Assembly (NCBI GenBank): GCA_002633005.1
Contig: NMRA01000214.1
Coordinates: 23,336 to 87,335 of the forward strand
Reading direction: 5' to 3'
Source of the DNA: Phoronis australis
Lineage: Eukaryota; Animalia; Phoronida
DNA length: 64,000 bases
Shown: positions 1 to 12,700 of the stretch, piece after piece
Layout of the letters: each line of letters starts with the position of its first letter
Position numbering within the stretch: position 1 is the stretch's first letter
Position numbers and translations under genes: made by a program
Notes under the pieces: generated by a model
Told to the model about the DNA's origin: nothing
What the model saw: only the letters and a program-made list of their open reading frames with translations
Database searches by the model: none

Positions 1-660
1 CCGCCCAAGTGCTACGCCCGAGCCTGCCCGTGCTGCCTCCGGCAGCTTGGCTTGGGCCCGCCTAAGTGCTACTCCGGAGCCTGCCGGCGCTGCCTCCGGC
101 AGCTTGGCTGGGGCCCGCCTAAGTGGTACGCCGCAGCCTGCCCGGGCTGCGTCCGGCAGCTTGGCTAGGGCCCACCTATGTGCTACGCCGGAGCCTGCCC
201 GCGCTGCCTCCGGCAGCTTGGCTGGGGCCCGCCTAAGTGCTACGCCGGAGCCTGCCTGCGCTGCCTCCACCGGCAGCTTGGGTGGGGCCCGCCTAAGTGC
301 TACGCCGGAGCCTGCCCGCGCTGACTCCGGCAGCTTGGCTGGGGCGCGCCTATGTGCTACGCCGCAGCCTGCCGCGCTGCCTCCGGCAACTTGGCTTGTG
401 CCCGCCTAAGTGCTACGCCGGAGCCTGCCCGCGCTGCCTCCGGCAGCTTGGCTGGGGCCCGCCTAAGTGCTACGCCGGAGCCTGCCTGCGCTGTCTCCGG
501 CAGATTGGCTGGGGCCCGCCTAAGTGCTAAGCCGGAGCCTGCCTGCGCTGCCTCCGGCAGCTTGGCTTGGGCCCGCCTAAATGCTACGCCGGAGCCTGCA
601 TGTGCTGCCTCCGGCAGCTTGTCTGGGGCCCGCCTAAGTGCTACGCCGGAGCCTTCCTGC
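1..660. repeat. GC-rich minisatellite, ~57-bp unit (ccggcagcttggctggggcccgcctaagtgctacgccggagcctgcccgcgctgcct), about 11.5 copies, probably continuing left of the window
   Basis: Directly visible tandem units. The unit length is a multiple of 3, which explains the repetitive ORFs on both strands. Confidence 0.95.
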
Positions 661-1762
661 TGTGTGCACACCAGAAGCACCAGACAGTTGATCAAAGTTA
701 AGATCCACCCACGTGACTGGCAGCCATATTTGTTTTGGTCGTCTGTTGTGCTTCACAAGTTCGCAAAAATGGTTAAAACTACGCTGTAAACAAACAGGTA
801 TGTCACATTTTCTAAACATGAAGTAAATATCAACTTTATTTCTAGTACATCAACAAAAATTGAAACATAATGACCGCGCATTCTGAACGAATTTTGACCT
901 CACGTGGCAATCGATGCCTGCTTAACTTCAAAGCCGTTTTTCTCGGCTCGTGATTTCAGGGTAGTGACAAGATTCTCGGGCCTATTTTTCCGCAACACGT
1001 GGATCAATTTTTGCGAAATTTGAAAATTTGAAATCCTCTAGAACTGAAATAAAATCGCGTGCCAGGGATTTTTGATACATGGACCACATTTTTAGTTATT
1101 AGACGGAAGGTGACCAAATGACAGAAAGTGGCGTCCTTGCCACAACTCACTCGCAAAAATGCCACAAAATCAAGATCATAAGGATTTTTCACAAAAGTTT
1201 GGTATGGATATGTAGAATGTTGCGTAAGAAAACATTTGATGATAATTCCTGTGCATTTTGAAAAAAAATCGATGTAAAATTGGATTTTTTGAAAATTAAA
1301 AAATCCGATATTTAAGAAAAACGAAGTACAATTAAACTTTTTTCGATTTTTGTCACTTTCAGAGTCATGTCTAACTAGTTAAAACCCCTTTATAATTATT
1401 ATAGATAGAAACCTGGAGATTTGACCAGTGTATACACACCCTCACATGAAGATTGTGTGGATTTTCTTAGCGATCGCCCAGTACCAGCGTTCGAAACACG
1501 CTAACCCAGTGGCCCTGGCCAGTGGTTTTGCAGCCAGGCCAGTAAAATTCCACATATACATATAGGCCCAATGTTGATGTGGTCTCATATTCAAATAACT
1601 GGCCCGGCAGGCCAGCACATTTATTTGCTGTAGGTCGAACACTTCCCAGTTGTATCAAGTTACATAAGGAGCTAATCTTAAACTGGGCTCTCTTTTTCAC
1701 AGTGCTACCTAATCAGTACAGCCGTTCTTACATGCGATTCAGTTACTAATCTCAGACATCAA

Positions 1763-1893
1763 GTGGTGGATTTTAAGGGTTGGGCAAGGGGCCATCGTCC
1801 CCCGAAAATTTTCCCATTTGGCAATTCGCGGGTGCGAATGTCTGACGGGCAAAATCCTGGCTAATATTCTCCACAAAATACTGGATCCGCCCC
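1763..1893. repeat. Short interspersed MITE-like repeat; related inverted copy at ~22310-22431, similar ggcggat...atccgcc ended elements at ~21836-22085 and ~47121-47483
   Basis: Core catttggcaattcgcgggtgcgaatgtctgacgg...cctggctaata closely matches the reverse complement of ~22320-22375. Ends are short inverted repeats. Confidence 0.6.
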
Positions 1894-2643
1894 TCATATC
1901 GGGCCCCTTTTACATTCAAAACCTCAAAAAAGGAAATTAACATGTCAAGAGATAGCCACTACATATGAAGTAATTACTGAAACTCATTATAACGTACCAG
2001 TTTCTCAAAAAACTGACTTAAAATATGTACCTGTACCCGAACGAATCGTCGCTCCAAGCACGTGAAAATGGGTCCCTGCGTACAACACATGCCAAGAAAT
2101 GTAGAATTAAAGAGGAACATGTTATTGCAACATCAAACAAATGTTTAGGGTCCTAAAATTCACATTTCTTAACCAGGTTCTATTACAGTCTGCTCAGCAG
2201 TTCACAAGACGCTTAGTCGTGTCAGCTTTCACTTGAATTCATCGTTTTACATCAATGAGTCATCAAAATTCGATGCGAAACCCATACAAATACATTGAGT
2301 TTTTAAGTAAATGTGTTGTTCTATCTCTCTGTTACGGATTTATAGCAATTTACAAAGTTCGATGGTTACATGATATTCATGCTGGGTCGCTTGAAGCAAG
2401 GTTTGCCTTGCTCACACGAGGGAACATATTTTGTCGCTTACGACTGAAATCAGTCGCGCGGTTTCATAAATACGTGAACGATATCTTGAGGTCTGAACTC
2501 CTGTCACAGCCTGTTGCATTTCACTTCATGGCGAAATGATGTTATCAGTGTCTTGCAAAATAATTTAAGTTGGTGTGAATGGACGAGAACCGTCTTCTTA
2601 AATAACGATCGCAATGTGTTATCCGGACACCTTCTTCTAGGGA

Positions 2644-3794
2644 TCATCTGCCATCTTGTTCTATAATGCTGAAAATCCTCTCAGACTGAGAACTTCTTCT
2701 TCTTCTTCTTCCACTGTCGCTGTCACCTTTCATACTCAGTCTGAGGGTAGCAATGGCGTGTGCCCATGCGTAGATATGGTAGGCAGTCTTACTTACAACT
2801 TTAATATCCTCACTGCAGTACCTATTTAAGATATCCAGTGCACGGGCTGCTACTGATGGTCGGAGTTGGTCCAACGTGAAGTGTTCCAACAGCCATTCAA
2901 ATCCCTGGCTGCTATTACATATCTGCATGCAGCACAGCCAGCTACTCATGTCGTGCTCGTTTACTCCTAAAATCAACAGTGACGCAACTACAGTAGCACG
3001 AACTGCTCGCGGTGGGTTTCTGTACGACCTGAGTTCGGCAATCCTATTTTTACTCAAATGCAGTAAGACTTTCCTGCAGCGTGACATCGTTTGCAGTTTT
3101 TCTAATCGCTCCTTTGCCGTTCTGAACTCTTCTAACACACCACACAATCCTTTTCCTACAACGACAGAAAGCATTCTCTCCATACCGTCTAGATCATGCA
3201 CATTTTCCATCTCATTAATGGTGGATCGAAGCGACAGTGCGAGGACCATGTTTCTACTCTTTTTGACAAGGTCCAAGTCCTCCAGCTGATCTTGTTCTTT
3301 CAAATCTGCCGCTGTACATGCATAGTTTCGCAGTGCCTCTTCGATTCTTGGCCTGTCCGAAGACCTGAGGCTCATCATCAGCGACAGTTTGTTAACCTCA
3401 TGTTTAAGCAGACTAATAGAGTGTCTATCCACCTTACGCGGAGTCTTTGAGATGTCTTCTGTCGTCATTTTGTCACATACATCCATGAACCGTCCCACAA
3501 CATGACCTTCATCCGTTCTACGCAGCTGGTCCAGTAGCCACTTCCGTCCTAAGACTTCATTGTCACCACCTACCGAGCCTGTCCTCATTCCCTTTAAGCG
3601 AGCAATCCTCGTGAACAAGGCATCAAACTCCTCCGCGGCACGTGCCTGCTCTCGTTTGACGTCATCTAAGTACTCATTCCGCTTGTACCAGATGAACATA
3701 ACTATGAATGTCACAGCGCAAACAACTAAGAGGAATATAAGTAAATTGTTCGTCTCCAAAGCGTCGACAACGTGGTTCCACAAGTAGTCAAACC
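2644..3794 (-). CDS. Terminal exon: juxtamembrane segment, TM helix (~3685-3744), cytoplasmic helical region, dynein MTBD-like domain (~2743-3060), basic tail, stop
   Basis: Acceptor cgttttcgttttgcag|GG is in phase 1 with the TSP1 exon and opens the 400-aa ORF. LLIFLLVVCAVTFIVMFIWY is followed by KR. Motif ELRSYRNPP..V..T.....LILG...SW...VSKTAYHIYAWA. Confidence 0.88.
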
Positions 3795-6700
3795 CTGCAA
3801 AACGAAAACGATCTAAAGTTACCGTCTCTGCTGACATTGTCAACAACGCAATTTCTTTTTATCAACGTTACGTGGAAGTCAAGTGATGACGTATCTGCCA
3901 GTATTACGACGCAATCTGGATCCACAAATCGTAATACAAATGCACTGTCACATAAAGAATTGCTCATGCCTTGGATTTTTTTCTGATTCAGATAGTGATT
4001 TTGGTGATGTAGTACTTTAAATTTGTACAACATTATGTTATTTGGGTTAATCGGTACGCTCCGGGGATTGTTGCTGCCATGGTATGGCAGTCGGAGAGTT
4101 CAAAAAGTTTTGGATACACCAGATCCGATGAACTCTTCGTCAGTCTTAGGTCTCTTTCATGAAAAGCGACGGTCGCGTTCTTTTCGGACGGATTGCCATT
4201 TTAGGAAAACAATAACTTTTTTAATGGAGATTCTTTGTGGTCCACTTCTCAATAACCACTTTTCATGAAACAGACCCAAGACTAATGCTAATTTTTGAAA
4301 TTTCATTTGATTCAGGGTCCAAAACGTTCAAATGGCTTCATACTAAAAAGCGAATAATCTCAATCATGATCTTTGAACCGAAGAAATTAAATGTTTTCTA
4401 GTTTTCTTTCTTACTCTTTCCTTGTGGGTCACATGGTATTTCCCTCAAGCAAGCTCTGAAGTGTTTTTGCCAGCCCGGGCAGTACTTTCCACCGTTATCA
4501 GAAGGTGGCGGATTTGTGCAGGTGCGTATCCTTTTCTGTGTTCCCAGGTCGCATGCAGCATTGCAAATCTCCCACTGAAGCCAAGCTGACCATCCGCCGT
4601 GCACTAGTATTGCGACAAAAAGCAATCATTAATTTATTGGGCTTGGAAATTTTGTAATACAAAATAACACATCTTGATTATTATTTGCTTCGTGTGTTTG
4701 ATATCATTTAATTATGGATTAAGTCAATTAGTCAGGTGTGCTTTAGCCGCAAACCATATACTGTAGACGATGTTACAACATAGACTGTCGCCTTAGACAT
4801 GAATTTTCGCTTGTTGTCGAACGGACGATAATTTATGTTGGTGGCGATAACTGATATCGGGATCAACTCCGACATGAATTGTCACTCGACGTATGGTCGA
4901 GTTGTAGGAGCGCTAATGTGCTTGCATCATGTCAAACTTATCGGTAGTCTTTCGGGTTTATTTTTGATTCCCATCAAATACATGTACCATTTTGTGCGGG
5001 TTAAAGATTTTAATTCAACTCGAGAGCATTTGACAAAAAACGCAACCTCACCAACCACTTTAAGTTCCATTGTCACCGAAGCTGTGATTGATTGGTCTCT
5101 ACTGTTGTTAACAGAGCATGTAAACTTTTCCGTTTCGTGCCCCATGTATCTCGTAAACGACAGTTCTTTTTCAATCCAATTTACGCCGTTCTTTCTTGTA
5201 AACACCGTCTCCTCGGTGGACACCATCATGTTAGAAAACAACGATGTCGTCCCAGCCGGGTGAATTTTGGCAACACAGCGAATTGTGGCTTTTGTGGCGT
5301 TTGCGACGACAATGACGTTATCATTGACTTCTGTTACTTCGTCAGCGCTTTCTATTTTCAAGTCCAGTGGCCCGACTATTAAAACCAACTGAAGATAAAG
5401 CAGCCAAGCACACAAACGGGGCACAATTTCGAAAAAGCATTTATAAAACCTGCTTTCCGAAATAATGGGTGAATTTGTGTACGTGCAAGATATGATAGAC
5501 AAGCCTTGGCGAAAAGACGCTTCCATCTGTTTTAATGGTGCGATGTGTTGTAACAGCTTTTAAAAACAACGTCGAAATTAAACGAAGCTCCAACGCACAG
5601 AATTGCGACTAAATATCCATTGGTTTTCGTTTAGATTCCATTACAATTGTGATTAAATCTCTTTAAAATATCGACAGCAGTTTCTCCATTCGGTAATCGC
5701 AATTGCTGCAACTTATATTGCATAGATTACATTCATTTGCATTATGTGAGCATGAGGATACGATGTACTAAATTTTCGAACGAGTTATGCATTTTATCTT
5801 CCGTTGCTTGAGTGATATTTACGTTTTAGGCTGGGATCTTGAAATTTCGTACTCACTAAATGCAGTGCACTCTGTATGATGCTGTATGTGTACATTGTAT
5901 CTTCGTAAGGAGTTGACCTGAACATCAAATTGAGTCATCTTGAGTCTGTTTTTTGACAGTGATTCATGAGTGATATCACAAATTTGGTATTGCACTCCAC
6001 ACAACTGTTTCTATAAAAAATTAAATCTCACTTGAACTAAGTGTATTCTTTGAGAATATGCACATGGTGAAAAGTTAATAATTTCGAAAAAATATTTCAA
6101 GAGAGCGATGCGCTCATTATTACTTAGCCACACCCTTTTCAGAAATTGTAACTGCAAATGGGAGTCTAAGATCAAATTTCTTTCTTTTAAGACTTAAAAG
6201 TCTTGAGCCATTTTCAAGAAACAGGTCCCAGAGGATTGAATTTAGAGTATAGTCAAATGGCTACGAAGACATAAGGCACACATACATGTATTGTACAGAT
6301 TGCATCAAATTTTGAGATGACGCGCTTAGATTGTTGAAGACTTCATCCTTTTGATCTCCGAACGTGTTCTACATACAGTACATCAGGGCCAGGAGGATAA
6401 TCTTTTTAATAGAATTTGTCGAAATTGTTTTTGACATCTTACGTCTTACTTGTTTGCGAATTCAAGATGAGTGTCTAGTGTCCTGTGCTTCGGTATACTG
6501 TGCCTTACGTTGATAAGTGTTTACTCCTAGCTTGCATCTAATGACCCCAGCATTAACGCTATGAGTTCGAGACTGAATCGAAATATGGAATATTCAATCA
6601 AAATCTCAAGTTTTTAAGCAATATTATGTCCTGAGTCAAAAGGTCATCAAGTGTAAACTCTGATTAGAACTAATTTGCAAAAACCTAAACATATTTTGAA

Positions 6701-9700
6701 AGCATGGGAAGATCGTAAATCGTCAGGAATAATTTCAAGTTCCACTTAGGGCACAAAAGACCCCAGACTCTGCTCTGCAGTGTAATTACAGTGTTGATAA
6801 TAATCTGGCGGAATGCAGAAATCCCGGCGCAAGTTATTTGGTTTGCATATTCACATGTGATGTCGAGGATTCTAGACGTCGATGCCTTCATTTTTGGTGC
6901 CCGAGTGTTCCTGGCGACGCACTCCACGGTTCCCGCATGGTGTTCAGTGGTGACGATAGCCGATGACGAGGCCTCGTTGGTATTATTGTCGAAAGTGCGC
7001 ATTCCACGTGCGACCAGACGAGTGGTTGTTCCTTCCACTGTAACTAACCTAATACTGATATGAGATCCAGAGTTGGCGACCCCAGACCTGCACATCACGA
7101 CTAACAAGGTACCGTTGCTGGCCACTACGACACCACCATTCACCCCTTTGGTATTACGCAAAAACATGTCGACCGTGTGTGGACCTCTTGGCGGACCGCC
7201 TCCTGATAGTAATATGGGCAAATTTTTATAAGGTTCCTTAATTCCTGTTCACTTCTTTTAATTCGTTGCTGATGCTTACACAAACAGCTTTAACTGCTAA
7301 AAACTAAAGTTGCTAGCTTCAGTCACTAGAGTCCAGTGCCCGTAAATGCCTTTCATAAAACACTGAGCCCATGGGTGTTGGGAGTAAAATGGTTGTCGTA
7401 AACAAATCGTTAAGACATTAACGTCTGGATTTTTCGGATTTTATATCAGCATGACCTTCAGTTTCTCAACTTGACTTTGACCAATAATACGTACATGTAA
7501 AACTACGTCCTATGATCTAGAAAATACTAGAAATAGCGTATTGCAAAATACGATGTGCCGTCAAGTTCCATAGATGGAAATTGACTAAATTCAAGATGGC
7601 GGCATCTATCATCTTGAATTAGCGTAAAAGATTAGTTTATGTGAACGGTCTAAGACAAGATATTCAAAATTGCTGTTTTGTTTAAAGGGCTTAAAATCCC
7701 AAATTTCTTATCAACAACACCAAACAAATAATCTCGACATTCCATTAGCTGTCAATTTAGAGCATCTGAAAACATTATTTGATGAGGCGCCACTTTCTAA
7801 ACATAGCAAACTCATGTTCCGGTTAGTGTATTATGACTGGAAATTTTCACATCTTTTTTGCTGTCCAGTACAACAAAAATTATTTCGGCATTGAAACGCT
7901 GTTTAAAGTCTTTCAATAGCAGAACGTTTGGTATTGTTAGTATTTTGCCAATGCTACTGGTCAAGTAATTGCAAAATTCCAACTTCAGTGGCAACTGATT
8001 TTGTCGTCTGCTTGCAATATAGCAGCATATAGTTACTCCTGACAATTTGAGAATCAGCTGCCGGTTGTATGAAACAGTTCCAAATAGGGACTCAACTAGG
8101 ATCCTTAAGTCTTTTTGCGTCTTTATGTCTTTATGGACTCACCTATGCAACATTTTTCTATCATTTCATCTTTATTGGGAGCTCCTATTTTATTAATGAC
8201 ATTTTCTAACAATATAACTAAGAACTGAGCCCAGAGTTCATTGAAAATAAATAGGGACTCAGTCCTTAAATTGGGGGTTTCTACATAAATAGATCCCCAA
8301 TTAGTTTCGACATTTGACAATTCAACGTAAAGTTCACTCTCGAGTTGCATCAAAGTCAAAAGTTGACTTAGTGATGAAACTAAAACCATACAAGAAAGGG
8401 CAATTGATGTTTTCACATGTTCAAAAATACACAGTAGACTTGGGGAACTTAATTGAATCCCTATTTGGGACTGTTTCAGGCTACCGGGCACAGGGTTCAA
8501 GTACTGAGAAAATTACAAATATCAATAACCTCCTCCGCAAGATTCTGTGTTACTTTCACCAAGACTGAAGCTCTTCTCTAACATCCATGAGGACACGAAC
8601 CGAAGTGGCAAGTGATGGAAAATTCTGTACGCTCTAGTCCTTTGTTTCTAACCTCTAACCCATTTTTAAGAAAAGGATGTACTATTTTTGTCTTATGTTG
8701 ATAGTGCAGATTTTTGTTTTTTACCATGCAATAATATTGTTGAATGCATTTAGATGAACTGACGTCACTGAGTACAACAGAAAATGAACTAATCGTTACA
8801 CTATAAACTTTTGAAAATAGCAGTAACACCACTCCTTGAGAATCAAGCTTGTTTTCCAAAGGCTTTGCGCCACTAACCCAATGCGCTTACGGCGGGAAAA
8901 CGATAGACCCAGTTATTGTGCACGTATGCACTGTAGCAACGTTTTTTATCTTATTTTGATTTGTCCAATCTGTTGATATTGTAAATTTCCTTATTTATGC
9001 CCATCCCGATTTGACTGCAACTTGAGCTTGTTGGGCTCTACCGTATGTGCGTTAGCATAGGGACAAACACGGTGCTTACTGGAATGGGCTCATTTTAGCT
9101 GGTATTTCAAATTGTTTAGGTGAAGTAAATAATCAAAGTAGATGATTGTCATCCCCGGGATTTCATCATTAGTATTTTTGCCTGGTGCTGAAGTTTTCCG
9201 AGGCCAGGGATTGACACAAGGTAAAAGTGTTTCGCTGTACATCTAGGTCTGTGGCGTTATTGATAAAACAGGACCTTGTTTTAATCAGGAGCTGCATAGG
9301 GTTTAATTTGTGTAGACGATTATCTTCACCGCTAGTTCTCATAAAAATGAGCTTGTCTGTAGTAAACTCCCGTAAAGTCATCAAGGATTACCTGCAGTGT
9401 AACTGAAGTTCATAGAAAGTAAAAATCTGGACTTCCAAACCGCTTGATCTGAGTTGATATCTCACATAAACATTAAAACTATGATAATTCCACATAGAAG
9501 TATTCCATGAAATTGAAAAAACTCACCACCCCCTTTACCTTGTTTGCTTGTAACACGATGCAATATCTCAAGGGTTTTTGTGTGACAGTTTTTGCAAGGT
9601 GGCGTTAGCAGAACCGATCTACTATTTCAAAAGGACCATAGTTAGTATCCTTTACGCACGGGGCCCTTTCGTTACGTATGTTATGTACGGAGAGGCGTAC

Positions 9701-12700
9701 AAAACCTTCCGAAAATTTTTGTTTTTGTCAAAAAACATACGTTTGAAAGGTATAAGTTTGGAAATACTAGGACTTTAAGGCGAACATTTGAAAATCGTTT
9801 GACTGGTTACAAAAATTTGACATCATGCTACATGTATAAAAAACAACCTGCACACAAATTTGATGTTCCTGTTCCATGTTTGCAAAGAAGGCGAAACTCC
9901 GGTTAGTTGGTGGTATTTTCACAGACTGCTATGTACTTGACTAAGATTTTGTGTGGCATGTATTCGATCTTAAAATGAGTACGTAAACTGCTCTTGAAGC
10001 GCTAAATAGATTTCGGGTAGGCCAGGTTGTTATTTTTGGAGTATTGATGTGATCTTCATTTAAGTTAAGGATTTAGGAGCGTTCAAATTTATTTGTACAC
10101 GGATGAAAAATCGGCAAAATCAGTTAGCCAAATCCCGAAGAAATCTTCGCATTCTGCTGAAACGGTAACCGCCTTATCAAGGCCGTTATCAAGGCCAGCG
10201 AAGATGACTCATTTGATTTATTTGCTCATTGAAGTTCCTCGTAAGAACAGGAGTTCATGAATCGCTATCGTTGGAAAAACAATCAGTGGATAATTTTCAA
10301 AAATTTACTAGATAACTTTCGTCGAAAAAAAGAGTAAAGAACAATGGATATTTGAAGATAGAATCGAGTAGCACTTGGCCCAGATCTTCTTAAACATCAT
10401 GTATCATCAAAATGTCTTGAACAAATGAATGAAGTTTTCTTGCAGACGACGTACTTGCCGGAAATAAACCGTGCTATATCTACCAGGTGTCGCTAGTAAA
10501 TAATGGCGTCACGGCTTCTGTGTAAAATCATAGATTTCGTCGTTTGAAAATATATGGAGTCGGAGGTCCATGTACTATAGTCTATGGTTAGACGTAGCTT
10601 AAGTTTAAGATTTGTCTTAACTTCCAAACTTTGAAACTTTACATTCGGCAGGTAAGTCAAAATTTGGACAAAACTTATGTCAAACACTCAAGTCAAACTT
10701 AAGATCTCTTTCTTGAATTGGTTTTGAAACAAATTTAACTTTTATTTTAACATTTACAAAAATTTAAGATTTGTCTTAGCTAAGTCAGTTTTGTTGGAAC
10801 GTGCCGCTGTTTCCCATCTGTAAGGACTAGGCTCGCCAAAAACGAAAGCGTTTACCGCGAGAGCGTCGTCGAATATCACAACGTGAAGCGTTTCGAAGCG
10901 CTTTCCATATTGAACCCAGGGCAAGTGCCAGCACTGGTTTGCGAGAACTCAGTAGGCCTATGAACAAAGCTGAACGGAGAAACTTTGACTGAAGTAGACG
11001 AAGCAGGGGCTGTAACATAAAAGCCGTTTGAAGCGTGCACCGTTGCAGAGCTCAAGCGGTGGCTGCTTTGAAGAAATGCAACCACGAAGGTCGTCAAAAT
11101 TGACCTTGTAGCAAGGTAAATATTTGCAATACAGTTTTTCGACCCTTTTCACTCTACCCTGTACTTTCGTATAAATTTTGTTGACATGCTGCTAAAGCTT
11201 TTAATATATTTTTCCTGAACAGTACGAAGTGGTTACTCGTGTCTACCCAAGAGGCACCGTGGTACCAGAGGGTGTGGCTTTCAAAATGTCGGACCTGCAT
11301 ATGGGCTGTTAAAGTCGCTTTTCATCTATTTTCTAATTTGTGAAATTTTGAATTCACGGTATTGACATTCATTGCTATACCAGATGGTTTAATGATGCAG
11401 TCCGTCACTTGTCAAAACATGGTACATGTAACTGGCGTTTTTAATTATGCACTTTAACTCACACCTAATGTGTACGTGTACACTTGGGCTTACCTGCTTT
11501 TAGTTTTGTCCCGTTCTATAACTTGATGTTGAGCACTATTACTAAAGACAAAACCAACAAAAACTTAGCAGTAAAGTTATCTGCGAGTTACGTTGCAATA
11601 TCCAAACGTTTTGCATGTATGAGGCAGTCGATGTCGTTAAAAAGCAACCGCTTTGCCTCTTTTTGAAATCTGCGTTGAATCCCTCGAAAGTGCTAAATAC
11701 ATTTGATATGGAACCAGTTGCAACATTTGAAACACTGTATTCCATCTGGGGAAAGTTTAGAGCTACTTGAAGCAGTCTCGGGGACGGGAGTAATTTGTGT
11801 AAGCTATTCGTGACTTACCGAACACTTTGATGTTAAGCCGGCTTGAAGCACTCAATGAAGGTTCTCGTACATTAGTTGCAAAACACCACACAGTCGACTT
11901 GTCGTAGTCGTTCGAAACTTCCAAAACGTATTTCCCGCGGAATGTTCCGTACGCAGATCTCTCTCCCTTGGTGTTCGCTTCGAACGTTGTTCCAGATTTT
12001 AAGCGAAATTGAAATTTAAATGAAACCTCTTGGAATGACCTGTCGGTTGAACAGTAGAGGATCACCCTTGCACCTAGCATCAACACCCATGTGCCTCCAC
12101 GATCACGTCTTCCTCCCCAGCAGTGGAATGCCGTTATTCGCAGAGGAACAACTGGAACTGGTTATGATGAACATAAGTGCAGCAATTAAACTGTCTTGAT
12201 CTTGATAGCTCCTCAATTATACAATGCCAGATGTTGACATATTTATTATAACTGTGGGAGAATGCAGCCTCCAACTGCATCTAAATCTGGGGCAGATTGT
12301 CACCCATCTTTTTATTTTGAGGTGTTATATAATCTTTGCACATACGTGTTTATATTCTGTATCTGCGCTATTTTTCTCTCTCATGATATCTGACCTTTAA
12401 CTTCGTCTCCATGTTTTTGTGTCACTGGTAAACTAGCAGTTAGGGTATGGAAAATATTATTCTAATATCAAATTATTGGCTATTTTGAATCCACGTTTCT
12501 CCTCATCGTGTTTGCGTGTCTTCAATACGTGTGACCCAGGTTGTTTTTTCCTATTGGACATGAATCTGTTCTTTCTCTCTTCAACAGTTTGCTACCGCCC
12601 CGATTTTCGTCAACTCCAGTTTTCACTCTCAATTTCTCAACATATCCAACATTCTTCTTTTCCTTTTTAAACTTTATACCACAATATCAGCCTCGAATGG

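Noticed and set aside
47-789. Several 77-145 aa ORFs on both strands
   Set aside because: By-products of the 57-bp minisatellite; no splice or domain support.
2876-3787. Plus-strand ORFs overlapping the terminal exon (likewise those overlapping Ig exons)
   Set aside because: Antisense shadows of real coding sequence.
2644-3846. Treating the 400-aa ORF as a stand-alone gene or a dynein heavy chain
   Set aside because: A strong phase-1 acceptor at 3794 matches the TSP1 exon donor; no AAA or other dynein domains are nearby.
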